The position numbers and the translations under genes are program-made. From assembly GCA_018985225.1 (NCBI GenBank), contig JADGIF010000158.1:1-16633 (forward strand): a stretch of DNA of 16,633 nt. Direction: 5' to 3'. How positions within the stretch are numbered: position 1 is the stretch's first letter; each line of letters opens with the position of its first letter. Of the stretch, positions 8,478 through 16,633 are shown one piece after another. The notes beneath the pieces are model-generated. The model was given only the letters and a program-made list of their open reading frames with translations. It was not told where the DNA came from and did not search any database. This DNA comes from Amoeboradix gromovi X-113. Its lineage: Eukaryota; Fungi; Sanchytriomycota.

Positions 8478-9500
8478 TCAATTCACGTTATCAAATATTT
8501 TAGGGTCAAAAGATGTTCCCTCAACAATTGTGTCTTGTTTTTTCCATGCTTCCAATTGGTCCTTATCTAATGCTGCCTCGAGCTTCTCTTGCTCCCATTT
8601 GTCATATTCTTCTTTGTGCTCCCATCTTTCAGAAAAGTCCTCATCTTCAAATTGTGTGTAGTATTGATCAGAGAACAGACAATCAACCCCAGAAACTTTA
8701 AATATTTGCCGAAGCAGTCTTTGTATTGAAAGCGGAGATTTTATAGAGTATGGAATATAACTAATAATACTGTAATTTTCGATGATTTCACATAGTTGTT
8801 TTGATAAATTTTGAAATTTGAAAAAGATATTATTTTCTTGACTTTGAATATCTGGAAGCATGTTGCAGAGATCCCTAGGATACAGGTAATCCCTAAGTTT
8901 TCCTTGAAGTCGATTAGTATCAAGCAAATCCATTTTGCTCAGTACATTAATTGTAGGGCAACCAATATTCAGCATTGAGCCCAAAGAGGTTAGACTCATT
9001 GCAATAAAGTGATGAAAATCAGGTAAATAAGTGCTGTCGCTTACTGATACAACCACCAGTCTCATCATTTTTTCCAAGTCACTCATTATGCTTCTAGTTG
9101 ATTCATGATGCATATATAATTCAACTTGTCCTGGAAAATCGAATACAATAAATACAACATTTTCCTCATCCTTTGAAAGGGTTAAACCTTGAATATGCGC
9201 ATCAATACTAGAAGTTAGCCAGGAGATATTTCTGCCGATCTCATCCATACATTTTACCATTGAGCCATTTGGTCCTAACCCATCAATCCTTTCAGACATA
9301 ATGAAATCTCGAATATTAATATCGCAACTTGAATACGGGTGCGCAGGGTCGAGATTTACTAATAAACTGTTCAAATTTGTCTGTTGAAAATAAAGCGCCA
9401 ATGAGTTACACAGCGATGACTTCCCTGCTCCCGGTTGTCCTATGCATGCGATTCCAACTATATGCAAGTTGTTTGGCTTTGAAGGATTTTTTGCTGTCAT
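8478..9500 (-). CDS. GPN2: GPN-loop GTPase 2
   Basis: GQPGAGKS P-loop, VNLDPA, GLGPNG, FDFPGQVELYMHH, INVLSKMDL. Confidence 0.93.
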   Translation of the reverse strand: MTAKNPSKPNNLHIVGIACIGQPGAGKSSLCNSLALYFQQTNLNSLLVNLDPAHPYSSCDINIRDFIMSERIDGLGPNGSMVKCMDEIGRNISWLTSSIDAHIQGLTLSKDEENVVFIVFDFPGQVELYMHHESTRSIMSDLEKMMRLVVVSVSDSTYLPDFHHFIAMSLTSLGSMLNIGCPTINVLSKMDLLDTNRLQGKLRDYLYPRDLCNMLPDIQSQENNIFFKFQNLSKQLCEIIENYSIISYIPYSIKSPLSIQRLLRQIFKVSGVDCLFSDQYYTQFEDEDFSERWEHKEEYDKWEQEKLEAALDKDQLEAWKKQDTIVEGTSFDPKIFDNVN

Positions 9501-9565
9501 TGAATTTGGATCGAGGAGATTTTAAGTTGTACACACTTTGAGTACTAGACAGATTTCAAGAAAAG

Positions 9566-10684
9566 TCATTCGAATATATTTATTTTGGTGTCTGTTATGT
9601 GCTCTATTTGCTTTTTTGACTTATATTTTGACCCCAAAATGATAACATCTTCTATTCCGCTATTTTGTATATCTTCGATACTGCTCTTTAAGTTTCTCGG
9701 TTTGTGCACAAAGCCTAAGACATCACCATTATTGGTTTGTAGATATGATTCTATAGAGTTTTTAGCATCCTTGAAATGGCAGCCGAGATCAATTACTACG
9801 GCAGTTACAGGAGCGACACTTTTCGGGAAGTATTTATGCGACAGGCTCAGAATTGAAAGAAGTCTGGTTACGCCTATCCCATAGCATCCCATAATAGGAG
9901 ATTTCATCTCTAGTTTATTGGTAAAAAGCTTAGTAAAATAATCTCCAATTAGAAATGTGTGCGCTGCCTCTATAGCGTTCATTTTCGCACCGTCTTTCAC
10001 CAAGTTGTAACCATCCTCGTTAATATAAACCTCTGCTTCGCCTTCCGGATGGAGTATCAAGTATTCATGGCTAAACAACCCTTTCATATCGCTTGGATCT
10101 GATTCCACACGAATAAATGGTAGTTCCAACCTCTCAAATATTTTCTGATACGACTCTGATACTCGTTTATATGACAGCGCTGCAGCATCAGTATTTAAAT
10201 CAAAGGAATACAAATCGTTCATTAAAAATTGCCGAGTTCTTAAGAGTTCCTTACGACAACGCAACTCATTTCTGAACTTCCACTGCATTTGGTAGTAATA
10301 CAACGGAAGTTGATTTGTGGAAGTGTTATAAGACAGCAATTGAGATATATCTTCTTCTGAAGTAGGTGGTAAAATATACTCCCCATCATCCAAATGAATA
10401 AACTCCTTTTTGTAAATTTCAGACCTTTGCGAAACATCCCAATGCGCTTTTTTAGATACCAGTGGAAGCGCAATCTCTAAAGCATTAATCCCTTCTAGTT
10501 CCATCTTTATGATATTTTTAATCTTTTCCAATAACATCATGCCTAAAGGAAGAAAAGTAAAATACCCTGCAGAATACTTTGAAATTATTCCCATCTTCAC
10601 TAACCTATTTGGGTCAGAATCCTTTCTTTGCCCTAAAAGTTTTGTAAAATCCAACGTGCGACATCTTGATTTTGCACGAATCAT
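9566..10684 (-). CDS. PARS2: Mitochondrial (bacterial-type) prolyl-tRNA synthetase, compact, lacking the INS editing domain
   Basis: 'G.FTFLPLG', 'LPPTSEE', 'LPLYYYQMQWKFRNELR...LLRTRQFLMNDLYSFD', 'SHEY', 'MGCYGIGVTRL'. Confidence 0.92.
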   Translation of the reverse strand: MIRAKSRCRTLDFTKLLGQRKDSDPNRLVKMGIISKYSAGYFTFLPLGMMLLEKIKNIIKMELEGINALEIALPLVSKKAHWDVSQRSEIYKKEFIHLDDGEYILPPTSEEDISQLLSYNTSTNQLPLYYYQMQWKFRNELRCRKELLRTRQFLMNDLYSFDLNTDAAALSYKRVSESYQKIFERLELPFIRVESDPSDMKGLFSHEYLILHPEGEAEVYINEDGYNLVKDGAKMNAIEAAHTFLIGDYFTKLFTNKLEMKSPIMGCYGIGVTRLLSILSLSHKYFPKSVAPVTAVVIDLGCHFKDAKNSIESYLQTNNGDVLGFVHKPRNLKSSIEDIQNSGIEDVIILGSKYKSKKQIEHITDTKINIFE

Positions 10685-10708
10685 TGTGTCAATCTCCGTT
10701 GAAACCTG

Positions 10709-11376
10709 ATGACTACTTTATTCGAGCTGATGAAAACAACAAACTTTGCTTGGTTCTTAGGACATTTTGGTACAGTTCTTTCAACTGTTGGTTACTTTGT
10801 GTTTGGGTGGAACACATACTACCAGACTTTATTTCTTAGTTGTGTGAGTTATGGAATAACAATGTTATATCCTCCGATTCAGGCTGTTAACATCGATTAC
10901 TTACTTCTTTGCGTAAGTTGTTACATGTATGAGCCTTTCTGGCCGGTCTTGATACCATTAGCTGGCTATTCTTTATTGCATACATGCACTTACTTTAGCA
11001 ATACCATTATAGCTAAAGTGTATCCGCATATGACTCAGCTGCAATCGCCCATGGACAACCTGGTGAAGAACCAGGATAGCTTACTAAGATATATCTCGTA
11101 TTTTGTAATTAACTTAGTATCTGGGAAATTGTAGGAATGGGATCTCATATAATTTTCGGTTTAGTGATGATGAAAGTGTCGTTTTTTCTGTTTGTCGGTT
11201 ATATTGTGTTTATTAGACGCAAGTACCAGAATTCTGGTCTTACAAGACAAGCTTTCTCCCTCATTCATATGCAATTAACTAAACTTTTCGAAAAGTATCC
11301 TTCCGCTTTAGGTATCTACTTAAAGTTCAGCACTGTCCTCACCCAAATGGCACCTGTTGAAGCTAAGGCTAGTTAA
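10709..11376 (+). CDS. TMEM33: TMEM33/POM33/PER33 family membrane protein; exons 10709-11097 and 11118-11376
   Basis: 'FAWFLGH', 'SYGI', 'NIDYLLL', 'YSLLHTCTY', 'YIVFIRRKY..S..TRQAF'. The two ORFs join through a 20-nt intron giving 'YISIWEIVG'. Confidence 0.88.
11098..11117 (+). other. 20-nt spliceosomal intron (GTATTTTGTAATTAACTTAG)
   Basis: GT..AG with TTAAC branch motif; removal joins ORF 10709 to the frame of ORF 11137. Confidence 0.87.
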
Positions 11377-11417
11377 TAAACGATCAATTCATTTTTAATA
11401 TTTATAAAACAGGGGCC

Positions 11418-12245
11418 ATGAACTTTAGCGACGATGAGTTACCACAGCAGCAAGTAAGTCCTTTATTAATCACAGAGGCAGATCTGCGGAACGTTCCCAC
11501 ACAGGAATTACCAATTGACTCTGATGGGGAAGACGAAGCAAACATTGTATTTAATCCATTTATTCCGAGATACGCAAATGACGATCTATATTGCAGAGTC
11601 CCTATACCAATACAAGAGCATGTCTTAATGAAAGTTGTTAGAGGCAGGGAGGTCAATCAGCCTATTTATGATCTTTTTCTTGAAAGAACAGAGGAACTAT
11701 ATCTATTACATTCTAAGAAGCAATTTGGCACCCAAACATACCTTATATACACGGATGCTAAAGCTGATAAATACCTCGGAAAGGTAAGTAGTAACTTCCT
11801 CGGAACTATGTTTACAATAACTGACCATAATGGAGTAGAGCTAGCGGTTGTATTATATAAACCAAATATACTAGGATTTAAAGGACCGAGATGTATGACT
11901 ATTCTTCTACCTGCAATAAGCAAACAGGGAAAGATGAACATACTAAGATCAAGTTTGTATGACATGTACAAGTCTAATTCCAAGGAAATTATAGTTCTGC
12001 AGAACAAAACACCACTATGGAATGAGGAAACAAATTCTTACGTTTTGAACTTCAACGGTAGAGTAACAGTAGCAAGCGTTAAAAATTTTCAAGTAACTCC
12101 AAACCAGGATTTGGATTACATTTTACTACAATTTGGGAGAGTAGCAGCCAACCGCTTTACCCTGGATTGCAGGTATCCCATTTCAGTTCTCCAGGCATTT
12201 GGAATATCTTTGACAAGTTTTGAAAGTAAAATTGCCTGTGAATAA
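11418..12245 (+). CDS. Tubby-like protein (TULP)
   Basis: 'SNFLGT', 'NILGFKGPRCM', 'LQNKTPLWNEETNSYVLNFNGRVTVASVKNFQ', 'LQFGRV', C-terminal 'SKIACE'. Confidence 0.96.
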   Translation: MNFSDDELPQQQVSPLLITEADLRNVPTQELPIDSDGEDEANIVFNPFIPRYANDDLYCRVPIPIQEHVLMKVVRGREVNQPIYDLFLERTEELYLLHSKKQFGTQTYLIYTDAKADKYLGKVSSNFLGTMFTITDHNGVELAVVLYKPNILGFKGPRCMTILLPAISKQGKMNILRSSLYDMYKSNSKEIIVLQNKTPLWNEETNSYVLNFNGRVTVASVKNFQVTPNQDLDYILLQFGRVAANRFTLDCRYPISVLQAFGISLTSFESKIACE

Positions 12246-12380
12246 ATTATGATGATATATTAATAAATCAATGTTTATACGAATAAAGCGTCTCTATGGA
12301 ACCAAATGGTTTACTTGTCAGTTTAGTAATGTATCATGTGATAAACATACTTTAAAATTTGAAAAAAGTCAAGCCACCTC

Positions 12381-15300
12381 ATGGAAACTGTAGCTGACAG
12401 ACTATTTATTCTTACTGATTTTGGAAATAAAGCTATACGTGTTTTATATTCCCATGTTAAACTGTATAATTTCATATCAAATCCAACTGAGCAAGATTCC
12501 TTATTTGGAGACGCAAGTATTCCGATGAAAACAGGATTATCGCTCTTATTGGACGCTAATTACCAACCGCTATACAAAGCACTTCTTAAAAAGTTTCCAG
12601 ATATTCGTGATATACCGAAGAGCGCCACTGCTGTATTGGAACAAAACCAGAAGACCTTTATTGATGGACTTCAAAGTATGTATAATTCTATGTCAATATT
12701 TCTTCAGTTCCAGAATGATGCGCTCGATATTCTTAAGATTGCGGATAAAATCCAATACCTTAATTCCGAAATAACACCGGATTTATGCATGATGATTTTG
12801 GATGTTGTTAAGCAGATCGTTTTCGGCCAGCAGCTGATTTGCTCACTAGGCGAGCGCAGAAAGATATTAGTAAGTGCATATGCCAAAGCATATTTCCTTG
12901 AGAATGGAATTAATGAACCGCTCTTTCGTACTTTGGCAGATTTATGTATGAATGTTGAAAAGGTTCAGCAGTATTTGATAGAAATCTTCCAACCAGTTAA
13001 TAATATAGTTCACATGGCTTTGAATGCACTTCAGTTAGATTATACAAGTGGTGCTGGAATCTCTGCTGATACGCTAAGAAAAACAAAGTCTCTCAGGTTC
13101 AGTGGTAGTTTTAAGATGGGAAACATGAGCGAACCAATATACGACGATAAAACCTTTCGAATGCTTTATTACATAGAACGTTTAACTGAGAATATCATTT
13201 CTGCTGCGTTAGCTTGTCCCAATGACCTTGTAAAGGAGAACGCGTCGCATGTCTGCGGCTTTGCAGTTACAGTTACTGATAAGCTGTATCTATCTGGCGA
13301 CACCTTTTTAGAACTATTTTCTGAATTTGAACAGATAGCTAAAATTTCAAACAAGTCTACCAAAACTGTCAAAGTCATTAACGATTCAATTCAAAATGTG
13401 GCAAGTCGCACCTCTTTACACCTAGACAGAAGAGAAGCCATCTCAAAACTATTAGCAGACTCTATTTTAACTGTGAAATCTGATAACGGTTTTTTAGCAA
13501 CTCGATTGCCCACCATTTTAAGTCTCTTGAGTCTGGGATATCATGAGCTGGTATATTACTTCAAGCAATTTGAGCGGCTCACCCCTCGGCGTACAAAAAC
13601 AGCCAATTCCCCTGGATTTAGTTGGACTAGCATCCAATTGCTGCACAATTTGGTTCAATTATACGAATTAATAGTTGATAACATGAGCTTAATTAATCAG
13701 TATTATATAGAGATGCTTAGAACTACTTATGCTAGTGAATTAAACGAATATCTAAATATCATTCAAACTTCATCTGAACCTGAAGTAATTAAAAACATGT
13801 GGAACGATATTCACTTGTCCTTAAAAACACTTAAATCGCCAGATTCCAAGTCTTTGTACAGTATTAGAATGACCTGGCTAAGGTTGCAGGTATATTTTGC
13901 AACTCAGTCACCACCTTCCAACCAATCGACTCAGTCTATAATAGCAAAGGTTATGAATGAGATCTGCTTGAGATCTCGATTTATCGATAATTTAAGCAGT
14001 GAATTGGATTTGATATGTCCGCTGCATAATTTGTTCTACTTTAGATATAGCTTGATGGATCACATTGTTCAGTTCACTACAATGCCGATATATGACGATA
14101 TTCATGTGCAAACCAGCAGGTCAATTATGAGTTGTGTTATGGTTGCTAAATATTTTACGAGCCTAACCAGCTTTGAAAGTAAAACAAGCAAGCAGCATGA
14201 GAGGTTACAAAACTTTACAAAATTCTATGTAGACACTGCCACTCATTTATTGATAGATGCTGCTACATTCAATATGCATTCACTTAACTTGGAATTTGCC
14301 AGACTATATTTACTAAGTCATTCTTTTGGTCAACAATCGTTATTAACAGAGGAAGAAAAGAGAGTAATGGTTATGCCGGGGTTTGAATCAATGCTGAACC
14401 ATAAGAACGCAAGTTTGCTGAAATGGGCATCACAGCAGTTTATTCTTAATGGTCTAGTCAGTTCATTTAAGAACCCATTTTTAATTTCGAACACATTGTT
14501 TACTCCAATGATAGACTTTATTAAGAGTTATAACAAAATCGTAGTAGGTGTGCTACGCACTAGTATTCTTGAATCACCTAATAGTGCAAGTGGAAAAGAC
14601 AGTGGAAATAGTAGCCCATATAACATATATGCAAAAGACAGTCCAATAATGCAACAAGCTACTTTTATGATTAAGCGTCCTACCTTGTTTTTAACAGGAT
14701 TGATGGGATATTTCGAAAACTTAAAAAAGATTAGCGTAGCTAGTGAGTATGATTACATGTTCGGAGTGTCACAGCTACTGAGAGATCAGAGCAATTTGAT
14801 AACTGCAAATTTAGAACTTAATCAAGTAGAACTTAAAGGTAAAAATAATAAAAGGAAAGTAGATACCGTGGATAAGTTATTGGTCACTCAGCTAATAAAC
14901 TGGCTCATGGAGGTTATAGGAAGCAAGACTGTAGCTCAGAACTTTGGAATATCACCAATCCGTAAGTCTTTAGAAAGTTACGGATCCGATCCGTTTCCAC
15001 TACACCATTTTATATGCTACAAAGAGTTTTATGCTATTTCAGAGTGCGTTGGGCCTAATGCTAGAATTATATTAAGAGAGAAAATATACAGTGTAGCCAA
15101 GAACATATTTGATGAGTTATTTGTAGCCATTAAACCGGTATACGATGCAATTGAATCAGAAAAAGGAGAAAAAAGTGATGCTAAAGTAATGGAATTAATA
15201 GGAAAACAAAGATTGGCACCAGAATACAATGACTGGATGCTTCAATTTGGTACTTTGGGAATGCTATTTGAATTAGAGGATTTATTAAGCGAAGCATTCA

Positions 15301-15916
15301 GCGATTCAATGGAAGAGAACTCCAGCTATCTAAAGGCAGTAGTAGAACATGGTGATTTATCATCACATCCCAAGCTACCTGAGCTTGTAGAGATGTTGTC
15401 TAGCAGCGGAATCAAAAGCACCTCGAGTAAAAGTAAGTTGCAAATGGCAGCATTGGATATAAAGAGATTTACAACTACGCTGGCTATTTTTATGACTAGC
15501 GTTGCCTTAGATGAAACCTTGATGTATTACCCATTCCATGGAAGTACTTTATTATTAACATAGCGTTCACTAGAAATATCCAATCCATTCCGTATGCAAT
15601 TGCAATATTACTAAGAGATTTGTCCATAACTATTGACTCGCAGAAATGGGAGGCGATTTTCGAAGAGACCTGCCAGAGCTTTCTTGAACAATGCTGCTTA
15701 TTACTGATGAAACTAGAAAACGACAAGAGGGCCAAAAAAGTAAGTGCTGTGCTCATATTGTTGGAGAAGTTTACTCAATTAACTTTTGCAAAGTTTATCC
15801 ACATATTAAGACGAAAAACATGTTTACCTGCTAAACAGTACTACGTCACCAGTGCATGCCACTATATAGCAAAGGAGTTTTATTTCAGGAATGGTATAGA
15901 AGAAGAAAAGGATTGA
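12381..15916 (+). CDS. NCKAP1: NCKAP1/Nap1/Hem WAVE regulatory complex subunit; exons 12381-15543 and 15564-15916
   Basis: 'VADRLFILTDFG', 'KALLKKFP', 'IRMTWLRLQVY', 'L.NLFYF', 'PGFES', 'IKRPT', 'AISECVGP'; about 1170 aa after removal of a 20-nt intron. Confidence 0.88.
15544..15563 (+). other. 20-nt spliceosomal intron (GTACTTTATTATTAACATAG)
   Basis: GT..AG with TTAAC branch motif; it contains the apparent TAG stop, and removal gives 'HGTFTRNIQSIPYAI' in frame with ORF 15620. Confidence 0.88.
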
Positions 15917-16065
15917 TGCAATAAATAGAATGTTTTCAAAAAACCTGTTGGCTGTCCTAATGGAAATCATTTATTGTGATTCATGAATTCTATCACCCGA
16001 AAACACTTCATGCTATAATTTTTAATCGAACAAAAACAAGTTATTCTCTTTTCCCATCTATGATA

Positions 16066-16341
16066 AGTAGCAACTCGATTTTTTTCTTGAATAAATCATT
16101 TATGGCGATTTTTTATGCATTTTGGACAGAAATAAGTGCAAAATGTCATTTGAGAGTAGACAAAGACCATTTTCAAAGATGTACATATACTTGAAACATA
16201 TTCATTCGTACTCCGCCCCACCTTAGAGCATTAGAATCGTGCGTAAATGCTGCAAGCGAGCGACTTATTTTTGTCATTCTCTCTATCGAAATTTTTGATT
16301 TTCTTGTAATTCAGCATTTTAAACGAGATTGGTTTGCTACT
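16066..16341 (+). ncRNA. Unclassified structured RNA element, copy D
   Basis: ATAAATCA (16091-98), CAGAAA-6nt-CAAAATG-15nt-CAAAGACCA (same spacing as copy A), 13-bp stem GACAGAAATAAGT/ACTTATTTTTGTC (16125-37/16263-75), GAAATTTTTGATTTTCTTGTAATTCAGCATTTTAAACGAGA (16288-16328), closing stem AGTAGCAA/TTGCTACT. Confidence 0.62.
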
Positions 16342-16633
16342 AGGAATACACTACATATCTACTTAACTAGTTCTGATTTTTGGGACAATCTGAAAAGAGA
16401 CTGTTTAGTTTTTTAGTGTCTCAAACTGTCAAAACAAAGCATTTGGGACACCAAATATAAAAACTAGACTAACTCGTTTTTAAAGGAGGTGCACCATACG
16501 GAGGAATTGCTATCATTAATAAAAGATCTTCTATTATACCAATTTTCTTTCATTATTTTCAATCCCCTCTTCAAAATAAAAGTAGAAGACCCTGCATCTC
16601 GTTCAAATATATGAGGTCTTTGAGCATCTAAGC

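Noticed and set aside
7870-8570. Plus-strand frames interrupted by single TAG codons (readthrough or pseudogene), and a 20-nt GT..AG at 8272-8291
   Set aside because: No recognisable protein, no TAG occurs inside conserved genes, and the candidate intron lacks the GTA/YTNAYNTAG consensus. The region is better explained by copy C.
11454-11475. GTAAGT..TTAATCACAG 22-nt intron candidate in Tubby
   Set aside because: Removal frameshifts an already intact ORF and no upstream ATG fits the phase; a 24-nt in-frame variant cannot be supported without cDNA.
15793-15810. 18-nt in-frame GT..AG in the last NCKAP1 exon
   Set aside because: The frame is open either way and it does not match the 20-nt intron consensus.

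Overview
Extremely gene-dense, AT-rich eukaryotic nuclear DNA read in the standard code. It most likely comes from an early-diverging zoosporic fungus or close relative (inference: IFT54, Tubby and the WAVE subunit NCKAP1 co-occur, with very compact spacing). It holds twelve housekeeping-type genes (PDCD5, IFT54, EMG1, COA8, PPIL4, MRPL4, DDX24/MAK5, GPN2, mitochondrial ProRS, TMEM33/POM33, Tubby, NCKAP1), mostly 0-65 nt apart. Three of them carry spliceosomal introns of exactly 20 nt with a fixed branch-point position. Main discovery: each of the four unusually large spacers (about 490-750 minus, 2985-3456 minus, 7896-8378 plus, 16066-16341 plus) holds a diverged copy of one structured element I cannot assign to a known family. 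The copies share colinear motifs (ATAARYCA...AAAATG...CAAAGAACA...GAAATT..TGRTTTTC..hairpin..AACGAG) and stems kept by compensatory substitutions. This points to a high-copy dispersed structured-RNA family. All pairings were found by eye and need computational confirmation.
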